A stretch of 64,000 bases of DNA. It comes from an uncultured archaeon. GTDB taxonomy: Archaea; Iainarchaeota; Iainarchaeia; Iainarchaeales; GCA-2688035. The position numbers and the translations under genes are program-made. How positions within the stretch are numbered: the first letter of the stretch is position 1; each line of letters opens with the position of its first letter. Below the pieces are notes generated by a model, which did not search any database, had not been told where the DNA came from, and saw only the letters and a list, made by a program, of their open reading frames with translations. Shown piece by piece: positions 52,599 through 62,846 of the stretch. The stretch covers positions 83,363 to 147,362 of the forward strand of contig CAZXIC010000001.1 in assembly GCA_964640195.1 (NCBI GenBank). The letters run 5' to 3'.

Positions 52599-53666
52599 AT
52601 GCCCGCAAACGTCACTGTTGAGTTTGAGAAGGCGAGGCTCAAATACCAGCAGGCTTCCTCGCCAGAAGCCAAGCTGGATGCGCTGCTTGAGATGCAGAAG
52701 ACAGCGCCAAGCCACAAGGGCGCTGAAAACCTGCGGAGAGACATCAGCTGGAAGATTGCCCGGCTGAGGAAAGAGGTTGAAAAGAGGAAGGAGATGGAGA
52801 AGAAAAAGGGAAGCGCGCCGGGCATTGCAGTGAAAAAAGAGGGCATAGGGCAGGTTGTTTTGGTCGGGCTACCGAACAGCGGCAAGAGCTGGCTGCTGCA
52901 CCAGCTTACCGGCGTGCAGGTTGCTGTTGCTCCTTATCCCTTTACAACAAGGAAGCCTGTTGTCGGCATGATGGACTGCAAGGGGGCAAAGGTGCAGCTT
53001 GTTGAAGTGCCGGCTCTTGTTGAGGGGAGCAGCAGCGGCAAGGCAAACGGGTTGCAGCTGCTTTCAATTGTGAGGAACGCTGACGCGGTTGTGCTTGTTG
53101 CGAGGAACAAGGAAGAGGAGCAGCTGCTGCAGCAGGAGCTGCTAAATGCAAAGATTCTCCTGAATGAGGAAAAGCCGCGGATTGAAATAAAGCCGTCAAA
53201 ATTCAGGGGAATTGCGGTAGTGCACAAGAAGAACCTCAAAATGCAGGAGGCTGAGCTGCGCGATTTCCTGCGCAGCCAGGGGATGTACAATGCAAGCGTG
53301 GTGCTGAACGAGCAACTGAGAGACCTTGCAGCCGTTGTAAGGGCATTGGATGAAACAATTGCCTACAAGCCGAGCATTACGGTAAACCCTTTCGCCAAGA
53401 TTGATTTGCAGCAGTTGCGGAAAAAGGTTTTCCAGCTGCTCAGGAAGATACTGGTTTACACGAAAAAGCCCGGGCAGAAAGCAGAAAAAGGCGAGCCTCT
53501 TGCACTGCCACTGCATTCAACAGTGGAGTACGCGGCAAGGCACCTGCACAAGCAGCTTGCGGGGTTCAGGTACGCAAGGGTTTGGGGAAGCAGCCGCTTT
53601 CCGGGCCAGAGGGTGCAGAAAGAGTATGAATTACAGGATGGAGACGTCCTTGAGATATATTGTTAG
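52599..53666 (+). CDS. DRG/Rbg1-family (OBG-like) GTPase with TGS domain
   Basis: MPAN start, PSHKGAE, GLPNSGKS, YPFTT, ARVWGSSRFPGQRV. Confidence 0.92.
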   Translation: MPANVTVEFEKARLKYQQASSPEAKLDALLEMQKTAPSHKGAENLRRDISWKIARLRKEVEKRKEMEKKKGSAPGIAVKKEGIGQVVLVGLPNSGKSWLLHQLTGVQVAVAPYPFTTRKPVVGMMDCKGAKVQLVEVPALVEGSSSGKANGLQLLSIVRNADAVVLVARNKEEEQLLQQELLNAKILLNEEKPRIEIKPSKFRGIAVVHKKNLKMQEAELRDFLRSQGMYNASVVLNEQLRDLAAVVRALDETIAYKPSITVNPFAKIDLQQLRKKVFQLLRKILVYTKKPGQKAEKGEPLALPLHSTVEYAARHLHKQLAGFRYARVWGSSRFPGQRVQKEYELQDGDVLEIYC

Positions 53667-53675
53667 AATGTCTTC

Positions 53676-54560
53676 TTACCCTGTGCTCGCTTCCTCTGCG
53701 ATTTTTCGCTCAACTTTTTGAAATGCCTCTTTCGGCTCTTTCTTTTTCCTTGAGAGAAACGCGATTGCCACAAGCCCTGCCATGATTGCCACAACCGCAA
53801 AAGGGAACAAAACATCTGAGTTTCCTGCAACCGTGACAGCAAAGCGCTTTTCAATCAGGTGTTTTCCGCTGGAGTCCTCAAAGCTGACCAGCAGCCTTGC
53901 AACCTGCTGCCCTGCAGCAACTGGCTTTGCCTTGAACGAAAAGCTTATTTCCTCAGTGCTTTCATCCGGGGAAAGTGCCAGCAGGCTGAGCGGGGTTGAT
54001 GTTACTTCCATTGCGCTGCCTGCAACCAGCTCTGCCCTTACGTTGTGCAGCTGCTGCTCACTTTTGTTGTGCAGCAGGAGCATGACAACGCCTTCCCTTT
54101 CCGGTTGCACAGGGCTTTTGTCAAGAGTTGCATCAATTTGGAGGGGCGATTCAGCGTAATTCAAGTATGTTGTAACAGCATGAGTGTATTTCTCTGTGCC
54201 GTAGTGCACTGTTAACGGCAGATTTTCAACTGCTTTCTGCAGCATCTTTACTGTAACAAAAATCCTTTCGCTTGCGCCCGGCTGAAGGCTCTCAAGCCTC
54301 TGCACTAAAAAATCCCGCTGCTCTTCCCCTGCAACCACGGCAAGCTGCTGCGGGAGGCTTAGCTTCAAGACAACGCCCTGCATCGGCAAAGCAGATGCGT
54401 TGAATGCAACCAGTTCAAATTCCGCTAATTCGTCCAAATAAAGCTGCAATGTTTCAGCCGCTGGTTGCTTGGGGTTAATGCTGACAAGCAGCTGCGCGTT
54501 TGCTGCTGAACAAAGCAGCGAAAGGCAGAAAAGCAGCAGAAGGCTATTCTTCAAAGCCAT
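53676..54560 (-). CDS. S-layer/Ig-like (COG1361-like) membrane-anchored protein
   Basis: Signal peptide, two beta-sandwich repeats (LQPGAS, LSPDES), C-terminal TM. Confidence 0.65.
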   Translation of the reverse strand: MALKNSLLLLFCLSLLCSAANAQLLVSINPKQPAAETLQLYLDELAEFELVAFNASALPMQGVVLKLSLPQQLAVVAGEEQRDFLVQRLESLQPGASERIFVTVKMLQKAVENLPLTVHYGTEKYTHAVTTYLNYAESPLQIDATLDKSPVQPEREGVVMLLLHNKSEQQLHNVRAELVAGSAMEVTSTPLSLLALSPDESTEEISFSFKAKPVAAGQQVARLLVSFEDSSGKHLIEKRFAVTVAGNSDVLFPFAVVAIMAGLVAIAFLSRKKKEPKEAFQKVERKIAEEASTG

Positions 54561-55863
54561 AGGCAGGCAACTCCTCCTCTTCCTCTTTCCTTAAAACCAG
54601 GGCAGCCAGCTTCTTCCTGTTCCTGAGCGCATAAAGGACAATTAACGCAACTATCAGCAAAGCAGCACCTGTGAAAACAAGGTCAGTGTTTATTGCATCG
54701 CTGTCCTCAACCAGCCCCGCAGAGTAGACCCTGAGGGCGTCTTCCTTTGCGTCTTCCGCAAACTGCTCTGCCAAGGCAAAGCTGCCGTTGTTGTAAAAGG
54801 TCTCAGCCTTTGTCCAGTTTGCCTTTACGGTTGCTACAGCGCCCTGCTCTTTCCACCTGAAGATATACTCTTCAAGCAGGATTAGGTCAATCAGCTGCTT
54901 CAGACTCTGCTGGCCTGTTTCACTCAGGATAACGTCTTCCTGCCCGTAAAGCACCTGGAAGGCGCTGTTCCTCTTCTCCCTCGTGGCAAGGCCAGCAACA
55001 AGGCCCTCAAGGTTTGACAGCGCGTCCTCAAATATTTTGTCGAACTGCTCTTCCAGGGCTATTGCTTCTGTCGCCTTTTGCTTGAACTGCTGTAACCTAT
55101 CCGGAACATTCATCAGCCTGTTCAGGCTCTGCTTTGTGTCAATTGGCAAATCTGTCAAGGCAACGGCTTGCCTAAGCTCATCAAGGTCTGCAGTGTATGT
55201 TGAACGCAGCGCTTCCAATCCAGCCATGGCTTCAAATGCATCGCCGAATTTTGACTGGAAGCGCTTAAGCCCGTTTGTGTCAGGTGCTGCAAAGAAACCG
55301 CTTTCAGAGGAAACAGCTGCAGACACGGCACTGCCTATGTCATCTGCTACTGGATACATCGCATCAAGCTGTTCCCGCAGGTCGTCTGCAGCGTACTGCA
55401 GCAGAGAGTATTCCTCAAGGCTGACGCCTACTGTTGTCAAGTCAACCCTCTCGTTTTTCAGGTCATCAGACAAGTCAGAGAAGAATTTCGCATTTTTTGC
55501 GTCAAACAGCCACAAGCCCTGCTTGGCGCTGTTTTCCTTCAGCTGCTGGAAGTAGCGCAGCGCGTAAGCTGTCTTGAGCAGCTCTCTTCTTGCAACAAGT
55601 GATAGAGGCACTTCTTTCTCCTTGTCATCCACTGGGATGAATCCGCTCAAGCTGCTGCCGCTCAGCACTGCAACAACGAAAAACTCATCGTGCTTGTAGC
55701 TTATTTTCACGTTCGGGAAAATCTCAACTGTTTCACCAGGGTAAAGGAAATTGTTCTGCTTGCTCACAAAGTCAACTGCTTCCTGGCTGCTCAACCCTAC
55801 AGCATTGGCTGCAAAAAGCAGCAAAACAAGCAAAGACAGCGAGAGTGGAATTGTTTTATTCAT
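54544..55863 (-). CDS. Secreted helical protein with C-terminal TM anchor
   Basis: Signal peptide, long helical region, TM followed by RNRKK. Confidence 0.7.
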   Translation of the reverse strand: MNKTIPLSLSLLVLLLFAANAVGLSSQEAVDFVSKQNNFLYPGETVEIFPNVKISYKHDEFFVVAVLSGSSLSGFIPVDDKEKEVPLSLVARRELLKTAYALRYFQQLKENSAKQGLWLFDAKNAKFFSDLSDDLKNERVDLTTVGVSLEEYSLLQYAADDLREQLDAMYPVADDIGSAVSAAVSSESGFFAAPDTNGLKRFQSKFGDAFEAMAGLEALRSTYTADLDELRQAVALTDLPIDTKQSLNRLMNVPDRLQQFKQKATEAIALEEQFDKIFEDALSNLEGLVAGLATREKRNSAFQVLYGQEDVILSETGQQSLKQLIDLILLEEYIFRWKEQGAVATVKANWTKAETFYNNGSFALAEQFAEDAKEDALRVYSAGLVEDSDAINTDLVFTGAALLIVALIVLYALRNRKKLAALVLRKEEEEELPAYGFEE

Positions 55864-55914
55864 TCAATTATTAATAAATATTCAGGCTATATTAAAGGTT
55901 TGCGGTGTAGGGCT

Positions 55915-56625
55915 GTGAAAAGCAGGGTTGTTTTGTCAAGACCGCTGTACGAGGAAAACGTCGGGCTTGCCGCAAGGGCAGCCGCGAACTTCGGCTGCAG
56001 GGAAATGGCTGTTGTAAGGCCGAGATGCAACTGGCGCAGCACTACTGCACTGAGCAGGGCAATGCACGGCAAGGGAATCCTGCTCAGGGCAAAAGAATTT
56101 GGAAATCTTGGGCAGGCAACTGCAGGCTGCAGTTATGTCATTGCAACTACGGCAAAGGCAGGAAAGGGCGGAAAGATTTCCAGGGCTGCTGTTCCCTTGA
56201 AAAGGTTTGCGGGGGAATTCGCCAGCAGCAGGAAAAAGGCTGCAATTGTTTTTGGGCCGGAGCCGAGCGGCTTGACAAATGAGGAAATCGCGGAATGCGA
56301 TTTCGTTGTTACAGTGCCTTCTTCATGCAAGTACAGGGCCCTGAACCTCGGCTGCGCGGTTGCACTTGTGCTGTACGAATTGTTCAGCGCAAAGGCAGGG
56401 AAAGGGTTTTGCTTCAGGGAAGCCGGGCATTTGAAAAGGAGGCTGCTGGCTGAGAAATTCCAGGCTGTTGAGGAAATGCTGCCGGGCATTGAGAACAGGA
56501 AAGCGGTGCTGGCTTCCTTCAAGGCACTAACTGGCAGGGCTTTGCTGGGCGAAAAGGAGGCGAGCGCACTGCTGGCTTTTTTGAGTGAAACGGAAAAGGA
56601 GCTGCGGGGAAAAGGAAAAAATTAA
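55915..56625 (+). CDS. trmJ: TrmJ/LasT SPOUT tRNA methyltransferase
   Basis: VVLSRPLYEENVGLAARAAANFG, VFGPEPSGLTNEE, YRALNL; GTG start with GGTG RBS. Confidence 0.9.
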   Translation: MKSRVVLSRPLYEENVGLAARAAANFGCREMAVVRPRCNWRSTTALSRAMHGKGILLRAKEFGNLGQATAGCSYVIATTAKAGKGGKISRAAVPLKRFAGEFASSRKKAAIVFGPEPSGLTNEEIAECDFVVTVPSSCKYRALNLGCAVALVLYELFSAKAGKGFCFREAGHLKRRLLAEKFQAVEEMLPGIENRKAVLASFKALTGRALLGEKEASALLAFLSETEKELRGKGKN

Positions 56626-56663
56626 TAAGCAAGGGAAACACAATTCTTTTCGGTGCAGTTGAA

Positions 56664-57056
56664 ATGCCAAAGGTGCCGCGCTGGGCTGGAAGTTTAAGGC
56701 TCTGGCAGAGGATGAGAGTAAGGGAGAGAGCCCAGTGGATCAAGAAGTTGAGGAAACGCGCTGCATTAAAGCTTTTCAAGGCACAGCGCAGAGAGATAGG
56801 AGAGTTTGCCTCCAGTCTCGGCGTGCCGCCTGAGATATTCGACAGGCTTTTTCTGGACATGGACGCAAGGGGCGTTAAGCGCAGCGAAATGGGCAATAAG
56901 ATAATGCAGGGACTTCAGCAGCTGCAGCAACTGGCTGAACAGGCAGGCTACGACAAAATGCATGTTTTCCAGTTATTTAGGCAGACGAAGAGCTTTGAAA
57001 AGGGGGTAGCTTACCTGCGGAGTATTGTCCAGCAGCCGGCGCAGGCTGCCGCCTAA
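56664..57056 (+). CDS. Basic orphan protein
   Basis: Arg-rich N-terminus; GGTG RBS. Confidence 0.6.
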   Translation: MPKVPRWAGSLRLWQRMRVRERAQWIKKLRKRAALKLFKAQRREIGEFASSLGVPPEIFDRLFLDMDARGVKRSEMGNKIMQGLQQLQQLAEQAGYDKMHVFQLFRQTKSFEKGVAYLRSIVQQPAQAAA

Positions 57057-57107
57057 AGCCCTGCTTTTGCAAAGGATTAAATAGAACAAAACTGTTTTTT
57101 TAGTGGC

Positions 57108-57671
57108 ATGGGTAAAGGGAAAAGTAGCCTGGGCGGGTTTCTGCGCAGGTTGGAGGATGCCTTTGCAAGGCAGGACGCGTTTGCTTTGAGGGAATTGGGG
57201 AACAGGGCGATTGAAGAGGCTGCGCTGGCGAACAACAGGCTGCTTGCGGAGGTTGCGCTTATTGCCTACTGCCTGCACAAGCTGTGCAGCAAGCAGCACA
57301 TCGTAAGGCACGGCAAGTGGGCAAGCGTAAGGAAAGCGATTGAAGGGAATCTGGGCAGGGCTGTTGCAGCGCTTGAGAAAGGCAACAAAGCGGGGTTTGA
57401 AAAAAAGCTGCGGGGCGTAATTGGCTCGATTCAGCTTGTGGACAGGCAGCTGGGCAACTACGTCCAGGGGTTGTATGAGAAAGCAAAGGTAAAGTATGCA
57501 AGCAACGCATACGCGCTTGGGCTCGGCTTGGGGCAGTCTGCAGCATTGACCGGCGCAGACAAGAAGGATTTGCTGCGCTATATCGGCGTAACCAAGCTGC
57601 ACGACAGGGAAGCTGTTACGCTCGGCATAAGGGAAAGGCTTGAAAGGCTGAGGAAGCGCCTGGGGGAATGA
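57108..57671 (+). CDS. Conserved helical hypothetical protein
   Basis: Long open frame coupled to the PIN gene; C-terminal HTH-like GLGQSAALTG. Confidence 0.75.
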   Translation: MGKGKSSLGGFLRRLEDAFARQDAFALRELGNRAIEEAALANNRLLAEVALIAYCLHKLCSKQHIVRHGKWASVRKAIEGNLGRAVAALEKGNKAGFEKKLRGVIGSIQLVDRQLGNYVQGLYEKAKVKYASNAYALGLGLGQSAALTGADKKDLLRYIGVTKLHDREAVTLGIRERLERLRKRLGE

Positions 57672-57675
57672 TAGC

Positions 57676-58341
57676 ATGCAAATTGTATTTGACTCCTCGT
57701 CCTTGATTTCGGTTGGCCAAAGCTGCCTTATTGAGGTGCTGCACGGATTGCACGATGCAATGAATGCCGAGTTTGTCATCCCAAAATCGGTTTTCAGGGA
57801 GGCTGTGCGCAGGCCATTGCGCATCAGGCGCTTTGAATTGAATGCCGTCAGGCTGGGGAAAGCTGTTGACGAAAAATGGCTGCATGTCGTTGGCTTGCAG
57901 GGCAGGGGAAGCGCAGAGGAAATAATGCGCACTGCAAACAGCTGTTTCTACATCAGGGGCAAGCCTGTTGCGTTGCTGCAGAGGGGTGAAGTGGATGCAC
58001 TGGCTTTGGCCCTGCAGTTGAAGGCCGCAGCCCTTGTGATTGACGAGAGAACCGCAAGAATGCTGGTTGAAGCGCCCTTCAAGCTCAGGGATTTGATGCA
58101 GAGCAGGCACATGGAAAAAATAGCCGTGGACAGGGGAAAGGCGGAAAGCTTCGGGCTGTTATTCAAGGGCTTGAGCATTGTGAGGAGCGTTGAACTGATT
58201 GCCCTTGCATTTGAACTCGGTTTGCTGGGCAGGGAGTTGCAGCAGAGCAAGCAGGCTTTGCACGCTGCACTGTATGCTGCAAAGTACAGCGGCTGCGCTG
58301 TAAGCAGCAGGGAAATCGAGCAGTTTTTGAAGGGGTTTTAA
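57676..58341 (+). CDS. PIN-domain protein
   Basis: IVFDSSSLIS, VFRE, GEVDALALA, LVIDERTAR. Confidence 0.85.
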   Translation: MQIVFDSSSLISVGQSCLIEVLHGLHDAMNAEFVIPKSVFREAVRRPLRIRRFELNAVRLGKAVDEKWLHVVGLQGRGSAEEIMRTANSCFYIRGKPVALLQRGEVDALALALQLKAAALVIDERTARMLVEAPFKLRDLMQSRHMEKIAVDRGKAESFGLLFKGLSIVRSVELIALAFELGLLGRELQQSKQALHAALYAAKYSGCAVSSREIEQFLKGF

Positions 58342-58392
58342 ATGCAGCCTGCGGCAATTGATGGGAATGTTTCGCTGCATGGGGTGAGCTAA

Positions 58393-58860
58393 ATGCAGAT
58401 AAGGGAAGTGAAGGAAGCAGACCTGCCTGAAATAGTTTCCCTGATAAAGGAAGAGTTCCCTTATGCTGCAATTGACCTGGCAAAGATAAGGGAAAGGATT
58501 GCAAGCAAAAAAATATTTGTTTTCAAGGCTGTTGAAAGGCGCATTCTGCTCGGATTCGTTGAAGCGGAAATGATTGCGCAGGACGTTGCGAGAATAAATG
58601 GCCTGACTGTCAAGCCGGAGTTCAGGAAGAAGGGGATTGCGGCAGGGCTGCTTGAGCACATGCTGTCATTCCTCAGGGAAAGGGGGGCGAAAAGGATAAT
58701 GCTGCTGGTTAAGCAGTCAAACGAAGAGGCAAAGCAGTTGTACAAGCAAAAGGGATTCAGGTTCATGGGATTGTATCAGCGGGAAATAGACCAAAGCGTG
58801 GTTGAGGAAATGGAGCTTGATTTCAGTGCCAGCGGGGAAAAGCCGAGCTATGTGAGCTGA
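58393..58860 (+). CDS. GNAT (RimI-like) acetyltransferase
   Basis: VKPEFRKKGIA, NEEAKQLYKQKGF. Confidence 0.92.
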   Translation: MQIREVKEADLPEIVSLIKEEFPYAAIDLAKIRERIASKKIFVFKAVERRILLGFVEAEMIAQDVARINGLTVKPEFRKKGIAAGLLEHMLSFLRERGAKRIMLLVKQSNEEAKQLYKQKGFRFMGLYQREIDQSVVEEMELDFSASGEKPSYVS

Positions 58861-58883
58861 AAACCCGCTTTGAAAAAAGTCAT

Positions 58884-60317
58884 TCAATATCCCTTTGCAA
58901 ACCAGGCTTTCACGCTTGCGTCCCTTCCGCACCTCACACACTTACCCTTAACCGGTTTTTGGCCAAAAGGAATGCACCTGGCGCTTGCGGTTGTTTCTTC
59001 CTTTATCTGCTGCTCACAATCAGGGCTGTTGCAGAAGTATGCAAGGACCATTTTCTTGGCGGAAAGCATTTCCTTGAATTCAGCCCAGGTTTTAACTTCA
59101 GCAGTGTTCTTCTCAAGGAAGCGCTTTGCGTTCTTGAACAAATCAGACTGCTGTTGCAGCAACAGCGCGCCGATTTTCTTGGCCAGGCTTTTTTCTTTTA
59201 CAGTTTCCTTTTTCCCTGTATCTCTCCTCACAACGACAGCCTGGCGCTTTGCAACATCCTTGGGCCCGATTTCCACGCGCAGCGGAACCCCCTTCAGTTC
59301 CCATTCGTTGAACTTCCAGCCGGCGCTGTAAGCTTCCCTGTCATCAAGAATCGGCTTGAATTTGCCCAGCCTTTTTGCAATCAGCCTTGCTTTTCCCAAA
59401 ACCTTTTCCCTGTTTTTCTCAAAAATTATCGGGACAACAACAACCTTGTTAGGCGCAACAGCTGGCGGAAGAACCAGGCCCTTGTTGTCGCCGTGGACCA
59501 TTACAAGCGCGCCGAGCAGCCGCGTTGAAAAACCCCAGCTGTTCTGCCATGGCACCTGCTTTTTGCCCTGCTCATCCAGATAGCCTATCCCGAAAACCCT
59601 GGCAAAGCCCTGGCCCAGGTTGTGGCTTGTGCCCATCTGCAGGGCTTTTCCGTCAGGCATCAGCGCTTCAACAGTAAACGTTCTCTTCGCGCCGGCAAAG
59701 CGCTCTGATTCTGTTTTTTCGCCCACAACAGTGGGAATAGCAAGCAGCTGCTCGCACAGCAGCCTGTACTCATTAAGAAACAGCAGCGCTTCCTTCTCGC
59801 ACTGCTCCTCAGTGGCGTAAACGCAGTGGCCTTCCTGCCAAAGGAATTCCCTGGTGCGCAAGAAAAGCTTGCACTGCTTGACCTCCCAGCGTAGGACATT
59901 GCACCACTGGTTCAGCCTGAACGGCAAATCCCTCCAGGAGCGAATCCACTTCGCGTAGCTGTTGTAAATTATCGTTTCCGAAGTCGGCCTTATTGCAACC
60001 CTCTCTTCAGCCTCCTCCTTTCCGGGCTCAACCCATGCAAGCTCAGGCTCAAAGCCTGCTGCATGTTTCGCCTCCCGTTCAAAAAAGCTTTTTGGAATCA
60101 GCAGGGGAAAGTATGCGTTCATCACCCCTTTTTTTGAAATTGCCGCATTGAAGTGTTCCTGAATGTTTTCCCAGATGCGGTAAGCATTCGGCCTTATAAC
60201 CATGAAACCCCTGATGGGAGCATAGTCCGCAAGCTCGGAGCGCAGCACAACTTGATTGTACCACTCGCTGAACTGCTGCTCTTTCTTCACTGTGATGCCA
60301 AGCTGCTTTTCAGGCAT
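58884..60317 (-). CDS. proS: Prolyl-tRNA synthetase, archaeal/eukaryotic type
   Basis: IRPTSET, FLRTREFLWQEGH, GTSHNLGQ, SWGFSTR, C-terminal AKGY. Confidence 0.98.
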   Translation of the reverse strand: MPEKQLGITVKKEQQFSEWYNQVVLRSELADYAPIRGFMVIRPNAYRIWENIQEHFNAAISKKGVMNAYFPLLIPKSFFEREAKHAAGFEPELAWVEPGKEEAEERVAIRPTSETIIYNSYAKWIRSWRDLPFRLNQWCNVLRWEVKQCKLFLRTREFLWQEGHCVYATEEQCEKEALLFLNEYRLLCEQLLAIPTVVGEKTESERFAGAKRTFTVEALMPDGKALQMGTSHNLGQGFARVFGIGYLDEQGKKQVPWQNSWGFSTRLLGALVMVHGDNKGLVLPPAVAPNKVVVVPIIFEKNREKVLGKARLIAKRLGKFKPILDDREAYSAGWKFNEWELKGVPLRVEIGPKDVAKRQAVVVRRDTGKKETVKEKSLAKKIGALLLQQQSDLFKNAKRFLEKNTAEVKTWAEFKEMLSAKKMVLAYFCNSPDCEQQIKEETTASARCIPFGQKPVKGKCVRCGRDASVKAWFAKGY

Positions 60318-60339
60318 TGTGGTTCACCACTAACCCATA

Positions 60340-61461
60340 TCATTTTCCAATAATATAAATGTTTTCCGTCTTTATCGCAGTGCCGTGCTGCATCTTCTTG
60401 AGTGTTTTGCTGTCAAAATCAACTATTCCGCGAGCAAAAACCTTTCCGCTGCATTCGATTTCCACTACTTCCTTTCGCTTGAAATCGCCTTTCACAGCAG
60501 AAATGCCTTTGACGAGAAGGCTCTTTCTCTGCAAAAGCGCATCCTTTGCCCCGGAATCAACAGCGATTCTGCCCCTGGCCTGGCTGAACAGCACCCACTT
60601 TGCCCTGCTGCCAAGTGCCTTCTTTGGCAGAAACAGCGTGCCCAGCTCTTCCCCTTTTGCAATTCTCACCAAAACATTGTTCTCACGAGCATTTGCTATT
60701 ACCACGGCGCAGCCGCTTGCAACCGCAATCTTTGCTGCCTCTATTTTTGAACGCATGCCGCCAACAGCAGAAACGCTGCCTCTCCTGCCCGCTGCTTTCT
60801 CTATTTCCCCTGATATTTCCCTCACGACAGCAATCCTTTCAGCCAGAGTATTTTCCCTTGGATTGGCTGTGAAAAGCCCTGCAACGTCTGAAAGCATTAC
60901 AAGCAGATGCGCGTCCAGCTTGCCTGCAACAAGGGCTGACAGCTTGTCATTGTCCCCGAAGCTTACGCCAATCTCGTCAATTGAAACAACATCATTCTCG
61001 TTTACAATCGGGATTATTCCAAGCTTCAGCAGCAGATTGAAGGCATTTCTCAGGTTCAGGTAAGTGCCGCGCCTGCTGAACGCATCATAGGTAAGCAAAA
61101 TCTGGGCAACCTTCTGATTAAATTTGTCAAAAGCCCCTGCGTACAAAAACATCAGCCTGTTCTGCCCGACAGCAAAGGAAGCCTGCCTCATTGCAATATC
61201 TCTTGGAGGCCTTTCAAGCCCGATTTCCCTGAAACCACTGCCGATTGCGCCGCTTGTCACAATTATTACCTCCCTTCCCTGCTTCCTGAGCTGCATTACC
61301 TGCCCTGCAATCCTTGAGATAAAGTTCTGGTCAACCAAGCCCTCTTCGTTTGTCAGGGCATTCGTGCCAATTTTTACGACAATTCTCTTTGCCTTCTTGG
61401 CAACATCCCTTTCAACTGGCATTATTGCATCACCTGCCTGAAGTCTTCGCCTCTCCAACAA
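60340..61461 (-). CDS. proB: Glutamate 5-kinase with PUA domain
   Basis: IVVKIGT, VTSGAIG, IVNENDVV, FGDNDKLS. Confidence 0.97.
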   Translation of the reverse strand: MLERRRLQAGDAIMPVERDVAKKAKRIVVKIGTNALTNEEGLVDQNFISRIAGQVMQLRKQGREVIIVTSGAIGSGFREIGLERPPRDIAMRQASFAVGQNRLMFLYAGAFDKFNQKVAQILLTYDAFSRRGTYLNLRNAFNLLLKLGIIPIVNENDVVSIDEIGVSFGDNDKLSALVAGKLDAHLLVMLSDVAGLFTANPRENTLAERIAVVREISGEIEKAAGRRGSVSAVGGMRSKIEAAKIAVASGCAVVIANARENNVLVRIAKGEELGTLFLPKKALGSRAKWVLFSQARGRIAVDSGAKDALLQRKSLLVKGISAVKGDFKRKEVVEIECSGKVFARGIVDFDSKTLKKMQHGTAIKTENIYIIGK

Positions 61462-61482
61462 TCTCCGCTTCTAACACTTGCC

Positions 61483-62751
61483 CTATTTCCTCACCTGGCC
61501 GTTGCCGAAAATTTCGTACTTGTAGGAGCACAGCTCCCTTAATCCCATGGGCCCCCTGGCATGCAGCTTCTGCGTGCTGATGCCGATTTCCATGCCCAAG
61601 CCGAACTGGTTTCCGTCAGTGAACCTCGTACTTGCGTTTGCGTAAACACATGCAGAATCCACTTCACGCATAAATTTTCCTATGCTCTCCCTGCTTTCCG
61701 AAAGGATTGCATCGCTGTGCTTGCTGCCGTAGGTGTTTATGTGGGTGATTGCCTCATCAATGCTTTCAACAATCTTTATTGCCAGAACCAAATCCAGGAA
61801 CTCTGTTTTCCAGTCCTCCTCGCTTGCGTCCTTGACAGCAGTGATTCCAGCCTTCTGCAGGAGTTCCCTTGTTTTCTTGCACGCCCTTACCTCAACCCTG
61901 TTAGCCTGCAGTTCTTTCGCCACAGCAGGCAAAAATTTTTCCGCAATCTTTTTGTGCACCAGCAGGGTTTCAATTGCATTGCAGGTGCCAGGCCTCTGGC
62001 ACTTCGCGTTGATTACAATCCGCACAGCTTTCCCAAAATCAGCGCTTTCGTCAACAAAGCATTGGCAGTTGCCAACGCCTGTTTCAATTACAGGAACAGT
62101 GGCGTTCTGCACAACAAAATCAATCAGGCCAGCGCCGCCCCTTGGGATAATCAAATCAATCAAGCCGTGCGCTTTAAGCATCTCCGCAACAACGCCCCTC
62201 TCTTTGGACGCAACTACCTGGACGCAGTCTTCCTGCAATCCGGCTTTTGAGAGCGCCTTTCTGAGAGAATCGCCAATCGCGACATTGCTGTTCAGGGCAT
62301 CGCTGCCACCTCTGAGGATTACTGCATTGCCTGACTTGAGGCACAGCCCTGCGGCATCAACTGTGACGTTCGGCCTGCTTTCATATACAATGCCCACAAC
62401 GCCGAACGGCACCCTGACCTTCCTGATAAGCAGACCGTCTCTTTGCTTCCACTCGTCAATTGTTTCGTTAACTGGGTCGTGCAGTCCAGCAACCTCATGC
62501 AGCTCTGCGGCAGTGCGTTCAAGCCTTTCCCTTGTCAAAGCCAGCCTGTCTACAAGTGCTTCGCTGATTCCTTTCGCCCTGGCAGCATCAACGTCTTTTT
62601 TGTTTGCCTTTATTATTTCAGCGCAGTCTGCTTTCAGCTGCAGTGCCATCAGCTGCAATGCCCTGTTCTTCTGCTCTGCTGCTGCAAGAGCCAGCTGTAC
62701 CGCAGCCCTCCGCGCGTTCAGCGCAATCCCTTCAATCAATCCCTTGGTCAT
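61483..62751 (-). CDS. proA: Gamma-glutamyl phosphate reductase
   Basis: YESRPNVT, PRGGAGLI, CNAIET, ISTQKLHARGPMGL. Confidence 0.98.
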   Translation of the reverse strand: MTKGLIEGIALNARRAAVQLALAAAEQKNRALQLMALQLKADCAEIIKANKKDVDAARAKGISEALVDRLALTRERLERTAAELHEVAGLHDPVNETIDEWKQRDGLLIRKVRVPFGVVGIVYESRPNVTVDAAGLCLKSGNAVILRGGSDALNSNVAIGDSLRKALSKAGLQEDCVQVVASKERGVVAEMLKAHGLIDLIIPRGGAGLIDFVVQNATVPVIETGVGNCQCFVDESADFGKAVRIVINAKCQRPGTCNAIETLLVHKKIAEKFLPAVAKELQANRVEVRACKKTRELLQKAGITAVKDASEEDWKTEFLDLVLAIKIVESIDEAITHINTYGSKHSDAILSESRESIGKFMREVDSACVYANASTRFTDGNQFGLGMEIGISTQKLHARGPMGLRELCSYKYEIFGNGQVRK

Positions 62752-62782
62752 TTTTTCACCAGTACAGCAGCAACCTCAGCTT

Positions 62783-62846
62783 CCTTTGCTCAGTTGCCTG
62801 CAGCCTGCCTGATTGCTGTTTCAACCGCCTTTGCTCAGTTGCCTGC
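62783..62846. repeat. 19-bp direct repeat of the proC 3' end
   Basis: CCTTTGCTCAGTTGCCTGC at 62783-62801 and 62828-62846. Confidence 0.85.

Noticed and set aside
61733..62812. 359-aa plus-strand ORF
   Set aside because: Antisense shadow of proA.
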